Shown here: in pieces, positions 1 through 10,395 of the stretch
How the letters are laid out: each line of letters begins with the position of its first letter
Position numbering within the stretch: position 1 is the first letter of the stretch
Assembly (NCBI GenBank): GCA_002687905.1
Contig: NZBM01000015.1
Location: 2,811 to 66,810, forward strand
DNA length: 64,000 nucleotides
Origin: a bacterium
Lineage (GTDB): Bacteria > Patescibacteriota > Minisyncoccia > Phycocordibacterales > JABMNX01
Reading direction: 5' to 3'
The notes under the pieces: model-generated
Databases searched by the model: none
Seen by the model: only the letters and a program-made list of their open reading frames with translations
Told to the model about the DNA's origin: nothing
Translations under genes and position numbers: made by a program

Positions 1-2
1 TT

Positions 3-554
3 TGGGCCAGGAGCTTTGAAGTAATTCCAGGAGTCTATAGTGCAGTCTCTTATATAGATAATCCAAATATAAACGCAGGATCAGACGCTGTTCCTTATAC
101 GCTAAAGCTGTTTGATGATGCAGGGATTCTTATAGCAGAAAGAAAAAACATTACTTTCATAACACCGAATTCAATAAATCCAATATTTGAGGGAGGTATT
201 GCAACGGGAGAGAGAAAACCTACAAAGGCTTTCTTGGCATTTGATGAGACTCCGGCTTGGGAAATAAGAGATAGTCTGGCACAGAACATTTCTGTGAGAA
301 ATCAGCTTCTTCAGAACGAAGAATCAGCTCCTAAGGTGACTGCTGAAGTTGTAAACACGGGGGTTGATTCTCTGGGGGATGTAGAAGTCGTTGTGGTACT
401 TTTTAACAGAAAGGACAATGCAATAGCAGCGTCTAAAACCATAATTGGTCACCTTGGTGTTGGTGCTAGCGAACCAGTGGTATTTACGTGGCCTAAATCT
501 TTTGATGTTCCAGTGTCTCGTTTTGAGATATTGCCACGGATTCCTCACCAGTAA
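3..554 (+). CDS. hypothetical protein, C-terminal fragment (5' end lies outside the window)
   Basis: The frame of the 234..554 ORF has no stop codon back to nt 3, so this is a 3' portion of a longer gene. No recognisable motifs. Confidence 0.45.
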   Translation, partial: WARSFEVIPGVYSAVSYIDNPNINAGSDAVPYTLKLFDDAGILIAERKNITFITPNSINPIFEGGIATGERKPTKAFLAFDETPAWEIRDSLAQNISVRNQLLQNEESAPKVTAEVVNTGVDSLGDVEVVVVLFNRKDNAIAASKTIIGHLGVGASEPVVFTWPKSFDVPVSRFEILPRIPHQ

Positions 555-555
555 C

Positions 556-1722
556 ATGGTGGAAGCTATAGCAGATTACAAAAATGGTGTGCATACTAAG
601 CGCGCCATTTCGTTTTTTAGACATATTGATTGGATTCTCTTCTCCTCGTCTTTGCTTCTTGTCTTTTCCGGTATTGTAACGATGAATTCCTTCTCGGGAG
701 AAAATTATTTTTTTGAAAATCAGTTAATATGGGCATCTTTGGGAGTTGGTTTGTTTTTTCTTTTAAGTGGTATTGATTTTAGATTTCTAAGGAGGACCAG
801 TGTAATAATTGCTCTTTTTGTTGGCTCGGTACTACTCCTTCTTCTCCTTTTTTTGTTTGGGGATATTGTAAAAGGAGCACAAAGTAGGTTTGATTTCGGG
901 CTTTTAGCGGTTCAGCCGGCAGATCCTATAAAGCTTGTAGTTATACTTCTTCTAGCTAAATACTTCACCAGAAGACATATTGAAATAGCAAACATTAGAC
1001 ACATTATTGTATCTGGTTTTTATGCTTTCATTATCTTTACGCTAATCTTATTACAGCCAGACCTTGGCTCTGCGATAATTGTTGCGTTAATCTGGCTTGG
1101 AATGGTCTTTGCTTCGGGGATATCAAAGAGACATTTTCTTGCGGTTTTGCTTCTGGGAGCAGTGGCTTCAGTTGGAATGTGGTTTTATGTGTTTGAGGAT
1201 TATCAAAAAGATAGGATTTTAACGTTTATTCACCCTCTTACAGATATTCGTGGTGCTGGATACAATGCGTATCAATCTACCATCGCGGTTGGCTCGGGAG
1301 AAATTTTTGGCAAAGGGGTAGGGTATGGCACGCAGAGTAAACTTCAATTTTTACCAGAATATGAGACTGATTTTATTTTCGCAGCTTTTGCTGAAGAATG
1401 GGGATTTGTTGGGGTGATTTTGTTATTTATACTTTTCTCCATCGTTATATGGCGAGTGCTAGAGAATGCCAAAATAGGAGCGACTAATTTTGAAATACTT
1501 TTTGGAATAGGTCTTGCGACTTTATTTATCAGCCATTTTGCAATACACGTTGGTATTAATGTTGGGCTCTTGCCCGTTACAGGAACGACCATTCCTTTTA
1601 TGAGTTACGGCGGTTCTCATTTGATAACCGAATTTGTTGGACTTGGAATATTAATGGGAATGAGGCGTTACGCAAGAGCAATTCACAGAGATGATACCGA
1701 AAGGGAATTCCACGCTATTTAG
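556..1722 (+). CDS. SEDS-family peptidoglycan glycosyltransferase (FtsW/RodA/SpoVE)
   Basis: Polytopic membrane protein with the conserved SEDS core, for example GSGEIFGKGVGYG...QFLPE..TDFIFA. ATG at 556 sits two nt after the upstream stop. The track start at 445 would overlap the upstream gene. Confidence 0.8.
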   Translation: MVEAIADYKNGVHTKRAISFFRHIDWILFSSSLLLVFSGIVTMNSFSGENYFFENQLIWASLGVGLFFLLSGIDFRFLRRTSVIIALFVGSVLLLLLLFLFGDIVKGAQSRFDFGLLAVQPADPIKLVVILLLAKYFTRRHIEIANIRHIIVSGFYAFIIFTLILLQPDLGSAIIVALIWLGMVFASGISKRHFLAVLLLGAVASVGMWFYVFEDYQKDRILTFIHPLTDIRGAGYNAYQSTIAVGSGEIFGKGVGYGTQSKLQFLPEYETDFIFAAFAEEWGFVGVILLFILFSIVIWRVLENAKIGATNFEILFGIGLATLFISHFAIHVGINVGLLPVTGTTIPFMSYGGSHLITEFVGLGILMGMRRYARAIHRDDTEREFHAI

Positions 1723-2843
1723 TAAAGAGAGAAAATCTTATTTTTCATATCTTCAAGAGAGAATTCTTCATTTACCTTTTTCTTTAACCCCTTCCCAAGC
1801 CTGTCTCCCAAATCTTTATCTTTAATAATTAAATTTAGAGCATTAGCTATAGCTTTTTCGTCCTTAGAGGGCACAAGTAAGCCAGATTTTCTATGCTCTA
1901 TTATTTCCGGCATTCCTCCTATATCGCTTGCCACTACAGGAAGGGCTCTTGCTCCAGCTTCAAGAATCGCATACGGCAAACCTTCTTTTGTTGATGTTTG
2001 AGCGTAAACATCAAGAGCTTTTAGGTATTGAGGCATGTTATCAATGTGACCCAGTAAAAACACCTTTTTATTAAGAGAATAGTTGTTTATGAGATTTTTT
2101 AATTTTTCTCTAAGTTCTCCTTCGCCAAAAATAAAAAGGTATATGTCTTTGTTAGATTTAGAAAGTCTTTTGAATGCGTCGATTGTGTACTCAAGTCCTT
2201 TATTTGGGGTAAGCTCTATACCTGTTCCAATCCACATTGCATCAGCTGGTATGCTTTCTCCCATACTTTCTGTAAGTTTTGACCTAGCGTTTCTTTTGCT
2301 AAGAAATTCTATTTCTCCAACACCATTGTGTATCAAATGAAGTTTATTTTTTGAGAATAAGTTAGGAGTCTTTTTAAAATCATTCTTTGAGACCACAATT
2401 ATTTTGTCTGAAAGGACTGAAGTTACAAGAGAGCCAGCCCAAGTAACTATCTTCCAAAAAACACCCCGGTCTTCCTTAAAGGGCCAGCCGTGAGCAGTAA
2501 AGATTATTTTTCCTACTCCGGTAAGTTTTCCTAGAAACGCGCCCATAGCTGCTGCCTTTGAGCTATGAAGATGTATTATGTCTGGTTCCTCTTCTTTAAG
2601 AATTTTATAAGTTGAAATAAATGCTTGGAAGTCTTTAAAGACTCTTACGTCTCTATCCATTCCTTTAATTTTTATGACTCTTATTCCAGCATTTTTTAGT
2701 TTTTTAACTAGTGATCCAGAGCCACCGCATGCAACAGCAACATCAAACTTGCTCCCATCAAGTAAGGTAGCCAAATCAAGCACCTGTTTTTGCGCTCCTC
2801 CAAAGTTTGATTTTGTGATGAAATATATGACTTTTTTTCTCAT
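1719..2843 (-). CDS. GT4-family (GT-B fold) glycosyltransferase
   Basis: C-terminal GT4 signature EGLPYAILEAGARALPVVASDIGGMPEIIEHRKSGLLV. I chose the start at MRKKVIYF (nt 2843) rather than the track start. Confidence 0.75.
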   Translation of the reverse strand: MRKKVIYFITKSNFGGAQKQVLDLATLLDGSKFDVAVACGGSGSLVKKLKNAGIRVIKIKGMDRDVRVFKDFQAFISTYKILKEEEPDIIHLHSSKAAAMGAFLGKLTGVGKIIFTAHGWPFKEDRGVFWKIVTWAGSLVTSVLSDKIIVVSKNDFKKTPNLFSKNKLHLIHNGVGEIEFLSKRNARSKLTESMGESIPADAMWIGTGIELTPNKGLEYTIDAFKRLSKSNKDIYLFIFGEGELREKLKNLINNYSLNKKVFLLGHIDNMPQYLKALDVYAQTSTKEGLPYAILEAGARALPVVASDIGGMPEIIEHRKSGLLVPSKDEKAIANALNLIIKDKDLGDRLGKGLKKKVNEEFSLEDMKNKIFSLY

Positions 2844-2898
2844 AGAATATTGGAACTTGCCCCAGATATAATTCGTTGTAACATATGACCACAACATC

Positions 2899-4254
2899 AT
2901 GACAGTAGCAAGTAAGAAAGAGCCAGTAGTTCTCCTTCTTGGAGACCTTTTATTTTTCGCAAGTGCTTTGTGGCTAACCCTATTTTTTAGGCATTTTGAA
3001 ACTCCCTCAATAGATGCTTTTTATAACCATTTAACTCCATTTTCGTTTCTGTTTATTGTGTGGATTCTTGTCTTTGCTATAGCGGGGCTTTATGCGAAAC
3101 AAACCACAATACTTAAGAGAAAACTTACTGAAGTAATACTTCGTGCTCAAATTGCAAACGTAGGAATTGCTGCAATATTTTTCTTCTTCATTCCTTATTT
3201 TGGGATTACACCAAAAACAACTCTATTTATATATCTATTTACTTCATTTGTCCTAATTTACATATGGCGCGTATTTCTATTCTCGGGACTCCGTTCAAAA
3301 AGGAAAAATGGAGCGCTTCTGATTGGAAGTGGAGATGAGGTTGATGAGCTTATAGCGGAAGTTAATAGAAACGGAAGGTATCCCCTTCGTTTTGTAGCCG
3401 CCGTTGATGTGGACACGGTTGACCCACTTCTATTAGAAAAAGAAATATTTGGAATTATTGAAAGAGAAAAAGTTTCTGTTGTTGTAGTTGATACCCAACA
3501 CGTAAACGTAGAGCCTTTGCTCCCCATTCTTTATGATTTATCGCTTCTTCAGGTAAGACTTAATGTTATTGACCTTGGTAGGACGTATGAAGACATTTTT
3601 GATAGGGTCCCGCTTTCGTTTTTGCGACACACTTGGCTTCTTGAAAACGTATCTGCTTCGCCCAAGCCAGTTTATGATTTCATAAAAAGATCAATGGATA
3701 TAGTGGTTTCTTTGATAGGGGGAGTTTTGTCTCTCGTGTTCTACCCTTTTATTTTTGCGGCAATTAAAATTGAAGACGGCGGAAAGATATTTATTTCTCA
3801 AGAGAGAGTGGGGAGGAATAACAAAATAGTAAAGATAGTGAAATTTAGGACTATGAGCGGTTCAGATAGTGGAGATAAAGTGCTTAGATCCAATCTTGTA
3901 GTTACTAGAGTCGGTAAAATCCTTAGAGACTTTAGAATTGATGAATTGCCGCAACTTTGGAATGTGCTTTTTGGGGACCTTTCTTTTGTGGGACCTAGGC
4001 CGGAACTTCCTGCCCTTGTTGAGACTTATAATGAGAGAGTGCCGTATTACAACGTAAGGCATGTGATAAAGCCGGGTCTTACTGGCTGGGCTCAAGTCCG
4101 TCATGAAAAGCATCCACACCACGGTACGGATGTGGACGCGACAAAAGAGAAGCTCTCTTATGACCTTCATTATCTAAAAAGGAGATCGTTTTTACTTGAT
4201 ATATATATTGCACTACAGACTATTAAAATAGTGCTGACAAAAAGCGGAAAGTAA
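2899..4254 (+). CDS. polyprenyl-phosphate hexose-1-phosphate transferase (bacterial sugar transferase, WbaP/PssY-like initiating enzyme)
   Basis: N-terminal TM segments, then the C-terminal bacterial sugar-transferase domain KIVKFRTM...ELPQLWNVLFGDLSFVGPRPELP. Confidence 0.8.
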   Translation: MTVASKKEPVVLLLGDLLFFASALWLTLFFRHFETPSIDAFYNHLTPFSFLFIVWILVFAIAGLYAKQTTILKRKLTEVILRAQIANVGIAAIFFFFIPYFGITPKTTLFIYLFTSFVLIYIWRVFLFSGLRSKRKNGALLIGSGDEVDELIAEVNRNGRYPLRFVAAVDVDTVDPLLLEKEIFGIIEREKVSVVVVDTQHVNVEPLLPILYDLSLLQVRLNVIDLGRTYEDIFDRVPLSFLRHTWLLENVSASPKPVYDFIKRSMDIVVSLIGGVLSLVFYPFIFAAIKIEDGGKIFISQERVGRNNKIVKIVKFRTMSGSDSGDKVLRSNLVVTRVGKILRDFRIDELPQLWNVLFGDLSFVGPRPELPALVETYNERVPYYNVRHVIKPGLTGWAQVRHEKHPHHGTDVDATKEKLSYDLHYLKRRSFLLDIYIALQTIKIVLTKSGK

Positions 4255-5171
4255 TGGATAAGTTTAAAAATAAAAAAGTTTTAGTTACGGGAGGGGCGGG
4301 TTTTATAGGTTCTCATATTGTAGATTTATTGCTTGAAAACGGGGCAGAAGTGCACGTTGTGGATAATTTGTGTGCAGGGAAACGCGAGAACGTGAATGAT
4401 AAAGCAGTGCTTCACGTAGTTGATATAAGGGACAAAGACAAATTAGCGCCAATATTTAAAGGAGCTAGCTTTGTATTTCACGAAGCAGCAGTGCCTCGAG
4501 TGCCGTATTCCATAGAGCATCCAGAAGAGACACACGACAATAATGTAAATGGAACGCTAGATGTGCTTAGTGTGTCAAAAGAAGCTGGGGTGAGAAGATT
4601 TATTTTTGCGGCATCAAGCTCGGCTTATGGTGATAAAGAAGAAATGCCACTTAGAGAGGATATGCCCGCAGAATCAGTACATCCATATGGTCTTCAGAAA
4701 TATATTGGGGAGCTGTACGCTAAGTTATATAGCGATTTATATGATTTAGAGACAGTATCACTACGATATTTTAATGTTTATGGCCCAAGGCTCGATCCTG
4801 AAGGGGATTATGCACTTGTAATAGGGAGATTTTTAAAGCAAAGAAAAGAAGGAGAGCCGCTTACAATTGTGGGTGACGGAGAACAAACACGAGATTTTAC
4901 TCATGTTCACGATGTTGCCCGAGCAAATATTTTGGCAGCTTTATCAAATAAAGTGGGTAGAGGAGAGGTCATAAATATAGGGGCGGGGGAAAGCCATAGT
5001 GTTAATGAATTGGCCGAAATATTAGGAGGTGAACGTAAGACGCTCCCTCCAAGAGTAGAGGCGCGGCACACCCTAGCAGATAACAGAAAGGCAAAAGAGC
5101 TTCTTGGATGGACTCCAGAAATTTCATTTCAAGACGGAATAGGCGAGTTAAAGAAGATTTTTGGACTTTAA
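4254..5171 (+). CDS. NAD-dependent epimerase/dehydratase (UDP-hexose 4-epimerase-like SDR)
   Basis: Rossmann motif VLVTGGAGFIGSH, catalytic YGLQK (YxxxK). Start overlaps the upstream stop (TAATG). Confidence 0.75.
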   Translation: MDKFKNKKVLVTGGAGFIGSHIVDLLLENGAEVHVVDNLCAGKRENVNDKAVLHVVDIRDKDKLAPIFKGASFVFHEAAVPRVPYSIEHPEETHDNNVNGTLDVLSVSKEAGVRRFIFAASSSAYGDKEEMPLREDMPAESVHPYGLQKYIGELYAKLYSDLYDLETVSLRYFNVYGPRLDPEGDYALVIGRFLKQRKEGEPLTIVGDGEQTRDFTHVHDVARANILAALSNKVGRGEVINIGAGESHSVNELAEILGGERKTLPPRVEARHTLADNRKAKELLGWTPEISFQDGIGELKKIFGL

Positions 5172-5217
5172 TCTAGAAAGATTTACAAGATATAGCTAAA
5201 ATCATATACTTCTAGCC

Positions 5218-6552
5218 ATGTGGAAAATACGCGGGCTAGCCATTTTAATACTGATAATAGGCCTATCTATAGGCTATTTTGTGTTCTCTTCCGAGAAATC
5301 GGATTCTGAATTTTCATTCAAATTTGGACTTGATCTGGCTGGTGGAACCCACCTTGTCTATCGTGCGGATACCAGTGCAGTAAATGAAAGCGATATACGC
5401 GAGTCAATGACAGCACTTCGTGACGTCATTGAAAGAAGAGTGAATCTATTTGGTGTTTCAGAACCTATTGTGCAAGCTGAGCGCGGGGGACGCCTTGCAG
5501 GCGTGGTTGAAGAGCGCCTTATTGTAGAGCTTCCCGGTGTAACTGATACAGCTGAAGCAGTTGAATTAATTGGTCAGACTCCGGTACTTGAATTTAGACT
5601 TCTTCGCGAAGATGTAGATTTGCCGCCAGAGCCACTTGATACAAGCACAATTGACCCTGATTCTATATTTTTGCCAGCTGAAATAACGGGAAGGCATTTA
5701 AAACGCTCTTTACTTGAATTTGGACAAGGGCACTCCGGGCTTTCAAATGAAGCTATAGTTGTTCTTGAATTTAACAGGGAAGGGGCAGATTTATTTGCTG
5801 AAATTACTAGAGAAAACGTCGGAGAAATCTTGGCGATCTTTCTTGACGGCTCGCCCATATCAACCCCGGTAATACAAAGCGAAATTACAGGAGGTAGTGC
5901 AACTATTACAGGAAACTTTGCCCCAGAGGAAGCCCGCGAGCTGGTGCGCAATTTAAACTTCGGAGCACTCCCACTGCCAATTGAGCTCATTTCGACTCAA
6001 ACCATAGGAGCTTCGCTTGGAGGGGAGGCGCTTGAAAGAGGTATAGAGTCTGGACTCTTTGGACTTGGTGCAGTGGCATTATTTATGCTTTTTTGGTATC
6101 GCTTGCCGGGAGTGGTGGCGATTTTATCTCTTTCAATTTATATCGCTATAATGCTCGCAATATTTAAACTGGTGCCGGTAACTCTTACCGCAGCAGGAGT
6201 TGCAGGATTCATTCTCTCAATTGGTCTTGCAGTGGACGCCAACGTTCTTATTTTTGAGCGAATGAAAGAGGAGCTTAAAGAAGGGAAAAATACTGAAGAT
6301 TCAGTAAGAGATGGATTTGCGAGAGCCTGGTTTTCAATTAGAGACGGCAATTCTTCAAGTATCATTACAGCCATCATTCTCTTTTGGCTCGGCACCTCAC
6401 TTATTGAAGGGTTTGCCCTTACCTTTGGTATCGGAGTTATTGTGAGCATGCTAAGCGCAATTACTGTGAGTCGTACGTTCCTTTATGCACTTGGAAATTA
6501 CAGCAATCGTGGGTTAGTGAGGGCTTTATTTGGTAGCGGTCTTTATAGGTAA
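5218..6552 (+). CDS. secD: protein translocase subunit SecD
   Basis: N-terminal TM anchor, periplasmic domain, C-terminal six-TM bundle. Followed directly by secF. Confidence 0.85.
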   Translation: MWKIRGLAILILIIGLSIGYFVFSSEKSDSEFSFKFGLDLAGGTHLVYRADTSAVNESDIRESMTALRDVIERRVNLFGVSEPIVQAERGGRLAGVVEERLIVELPGVTDTAEAVELIGQTPVLEFRLLREDVDLPPEPLDTSTIDPDSIFLPAEITGRHLKRSLLEFGQGHSGLSNEAIVVLEFNREGADLFAEITRENVGEILAIFLDGSPISTPVIQSEITGGSATITGNFAPEEARELVRNLNFGALPLPIELISTQTIGASLGGEALERGIESGLFGLGAVALFMLFWYRLPGVVAILSLSIYIAIMLAIFKLVPVTLTAAGVAGFILSIGLAVDANVLIFERMKEELKEGKNTEDSVRDGFARAWFSIRDGNSSSIITAIILFWLGTSLIEGFALTFGIGVIVSMLSAITVSRTFLYALGNYSNRGLVRALFGSGLYR

Positions 6553-6553
6553 T

Positions 6554-7456
6554 ATGTTCGTTGTTAAACACAGAAAGATTTTTTATACGATAACTGCAGT
6601 AATTGTGTTGGCTTCTCTTATTTCAGTTGGGGTCTGGGGGCTTAATTTTGGAATAGATTTCACAGGTGGAACGATAATGGAAATTAGTTATCCAAATGAG
6701 AAGCCAGGTAAAGAAAATTTAGTAAATAGATTGGAAGAAGTTGATATTGGCGGCTTTTCACTTCGTGAGACTGGAAAAAATGGATTTATACTGCGTACCC
6801 AAAATCTTTCAGAGGAAAGTAGACAAGAGATAGTAGGTCTTCTTACAATTGACGGTCAATTTGAGCTCGTTGAAGAGAGGGTGAATTCAATTGGGCCTGT
6901 TATAGGGGAAGAGCTTAGAAATAAAGCGCTAATTGCAATTGCGGTAACAATAGTAGCGATAATTCTTTTTGTTGCTGTTGCTTTCAGAAAAGTGAGCAAG
7001 CCTGTATCTTCTTTTAAATATGGACTAATTGCAATTGTTGCACTTCTTCACGACATTGTTGTGCCGGTTGGTATATTTGCGGCTCTTGGATATTTCTTGG
7101 GAGCTGAAGTTGATGTTCTTTTTGTGATGGCGCTTCTTGCAATTCTTGGCTATTCGGTAAATGACACGATAGTGGTGTTTGATAGAGTCCGAGAAAATCT
7201 AAAGCTAAATCATGAATTAAACAGAAAAGAGGATTTTGAGTTAACTGTTGGAAAAAGCCTCAATCAAACATACGTCCGCTCTATAAATACTTCAATTACA
7301 ACTATATTTGTGCTCCTTGCGCTATTTTTCCTAGGAGCCACTGCCACGCAAGACTTTGCATTGGTGCTTCTTACAGGAGTAATAGCTGGAACGTATTCTT
7401 CTATATTCCTTGCGACACCACTTTTGGTGACAGTAATGAAGTGGGGAGATAAATAG
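6554..7456 (+). CDS. secF: protein translocase subunit SecF
   Basis: SecF N-terminal signature GIDFTGGTIMEI plus a C-terminal six-TM domain. ATG at 6554 lies two nt after the secD stop. The track start at 6530 is a TTG that overlaps secD. Confidence 0.85.
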   Translation: MFVVKHRKIFYTITAVIVLASLISVGVWGLNFGIDFTGGTIMEISYPNEKPGKENLVNRLEEVDIGGFSLRETGKNGFILRTQNLSEESRQEIVGLLTIDGQFELVEERVNSIGPVIGEELRNKALIAIAVTIVAIILFVAVAFRKVSKPVSSFKYGLIAIVALLHDIVVPVGIFAALGYFLGAEVDVLFVMALLAILGYSVNDTIVVFDRVRENLKLNHELNRKEDFELTVGKSLNQTYVRSINTSITTIFVLLALFFLGATATQDFALVLLTGVIAGTYSSIFLATPLLVTVMKWGDK

Positions 7457-7698
7457 TATTTAAATAAAAAGGGTAAGGGCCGCACTTCCGAAGAAGGCGG
7501 TCCTTGGTAGTTGTACGCGGTACTGGCAGTTTTCGGCGGCTAGGCGATGTTGATGAGGCCGTCACCTTGAGGCGACCGATCATCGTTCGGAATCCTGTCA
7601 TAGCAGGACCTTCTCTTCTCATTGCTTTCGCAGACCAATACTCACGTACAATTTGGTCTGTTTGGATACTAACAGGCACCCAAAATTCGTCATTAGCC

Positions 7699-7728
7699 CC
7701 ACCAAATCGCCATATGGCGATTTGGTGG
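7699..7728. repeat. 30-bp perfect palindrome CCACCAAATCGCCAT|ATGGCGATTTGGTGG
   Basis: Read directly. It lies in the GC-rich leader about 200 nt upstream of the 16S 5' end. Confidence 0.9.
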
Positions 7729-7739
7729 ACCGGTAGCTT

Positions 7740-7768
7740 GACTTATATAGCCATATAAGTAGACTATT
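7740..7768 (+). promoter_or_regulatory. candidate rRNA promoter (TTGACT, about 16-nt spacer, TAGACT)
   Basis: A -35-like hexamer with a weak -10 about 140 nt upstream of the 16S. Speculative. Confidence 0.25.
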
Positions 7769-7907
7769 ACCTACTGCTCTTGAGCAGTTTTTAGTTGCTC
7801 ATTGAAAATTTAGTAGCATACACAACAAAAAAGAGAGTTATCTCTTCTTTTGTTCTGTCCATTTCTTTTAAATCCGGTCTTCTCTAGCTTGCTAGAGAGA
7901 ACCAATT

Positions 7908-9607
<1,700 letters not shown>

Positions 9608-9845
9608 TGGAACCGTCGATGCATTTTATGCACTGACTTAATTGGTTGATATTCTATACCTCTGCCTGCCGGCAGAGGAATCTGAAGATTTTTCTGTAGT
9701 TGCAGTCAGACAAAGGTATAGAAATAAGCAATAGTGTTGTACTTTTATCTACACTCGTTTTCTCGCATATGCGGGAGGCGCCGGACGTGCGTTACCGGTA
9801 GGGTGGACAGAACAAAAGAGGGTGTAACTAAAAAATAATCACAAA

Positions 9846-9879
9846 AAATTTGCGACCCAACCGGTTGAGTCGCAAATTT
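9846..9879. repeat. 34-bp near-perfect palindrome (one mismatch) AAATTTGCGACCCAACC|GGTTGAGTCGCAAATTT
   Basis: Read directly in the 16S-tRNA spacer. It shares the core CAACCGGTTGAG with a 16-bp palindrome at 17641-17656. Confidence 0.85.
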
Positions 9880-9928
9880 TGGCCTGCCTCGCCGGCAAGG
9901 CGGGCTTTAAATATAAGGTTTTAAAGAA

Positions 9929-9957
9929 TTGACTTCTTCAATTTGATGTGGTAGTAT
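9929..9957 (+). promoter_or_regulatory. sigma70-type promoter (TTGACT, 17-nt spacer, TAGTAT)
   Basis: Near-consensus -35 and -10 hexamers with optimal spacing, about 35 nt upstream of the 9991 ORF and its GAGGAGAG Shine-Dalgarno site. Confidence 0.6.
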
Positions 9958-9990
9958 GCAGATAGTTGAAATAAATCGAGGAGAGATGGA

Positions 9991-10185
9991 ATGAGCCTCC
10001 TGAAAAGAGAGGACCAGACGTGGTCCATTCGGCAAGTTTCTTTCCAAGCTGTTGTGGCGTTTCTGTTCGTCTACTTGGCTATCGTGGTATTCCGGGTTGG
10101 TGGGGTTGCTTTCGGGCTTCCGGAGCCAGACCGCATTGCCGTTTTTGATCTCCCAGTCCAGTGGCTTCTTGGGCTACTGAAATGA
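9991..10185 (+). CDS. small hydrophobic protein (64 aa, one predicted TM helix) encoded inside the rRNA spacer
   Basis: Own promoter, a Shine-Dalgarno site GAGGAGAG 5-8 nt upstream, a predicted TM stretch AVVAFLFVYLAIVVFRVGGVAFGL, and a terminator hairpin right after the stop. Its codon usage is GC-rich and unlike neighbouring genes, so a structured RNA cannot be excluded. Confidence 0.4.
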   Translation: MSLLKREDQTWSIRQVSFQAVVAFLFVYLAIVVFRVGGVAFGLPEPDRIAVFDLPVQWLLGLLK

Positions 10186-10188
10186 GAA

Positions 10189-10224
10189 GGGCCCGGCGCA
10201 AAGCGCCGGGCCCAAGAAGTTTTA
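10189..10224 (+). terminator. intrinsic terminator hairpin (GGGCCCGGCGC-AAA-GCGCCGGGCCC followed by AAGAAGTTTT)
   Basis: An 11-bp GC stem directly after the small ORF. The U-tract is interrupted. Confidence 0.55.
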
Positions 10225-10262
10225 ATGGTTTGAGCTTTTGAAGTCATTTTGATACTATTTTT

Positions 10263-10288
10263 GCGATGCTCTGCATCGCTTTTTTAAA
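10263..10288 (+). terminator. intrinsic terminator (GCGATGC-TCT-GCATCGC followed by TTTTTTAAA)
   Basis: A 7-bp stem plus a T6 tract. It is a second terminator between the small ORF and tRNA-Ile. Confidence 0.6.
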
Positions 10289-10320
10289 TAAATATGCGGT
10301 GTGGTTACAAAACACAATAT

Positions 10321-10394
10321 GCGGGTGTAGCTCAGTTGGTTAGAGCGCGTCACTGATAATGACGAGGTCCTAGGTTCAAATCCTAGCATCCGCA
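10321..10394 (+). tRNA. tRNA-Ile (anticodon GAT)
   Basis: Cloverleaf folds by hand. Acceptor GCGGGTG/CATCCGC (one G-U), D-arm GCTC..GAGC, anticodon loop CTGATAA, T-arm CTAGGTTCAAATCCTAG, discriminator A. CCA is not encoded. Confidence 0.85.
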
Positions 10395-10395
10395 C

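Noticed and set aside
5574-6449. Minus-strand ORFs 5574..5990 and 6138..6449 inside secD
   Set aside because: Antisense to a well-supported secD reading frame. Low-complexity Ser/Pro-rich translations typical of spurious antisense ORFs.
7401-7758. Overlapping ORFs 7401..7679 (minus) and 7504..7758 (plus) upstream of the 16S
   Set aside because: They overlap each other in a hairpin-rich, GC-shifted non-coding leader. No RBS and no coding-like composition. I treat the region as a structured RNA or regulatory region instead.
7460-7800. Known ncRNA identities for the leader (RNase P RNA, tmRNA, SRP/4.5S RNA)
   Set aside because: I looked for GGAAAGTCCGG / AGGGCAGG (RNase P), GGGGCUGAUUCUGGAUUCGAC and a T-arm (tmRNA), and the GGAA-tetraloop AGCAGC domain IV (SRP). 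None was present. Only a vague CCGAAGAAGG resemblance to SRP.
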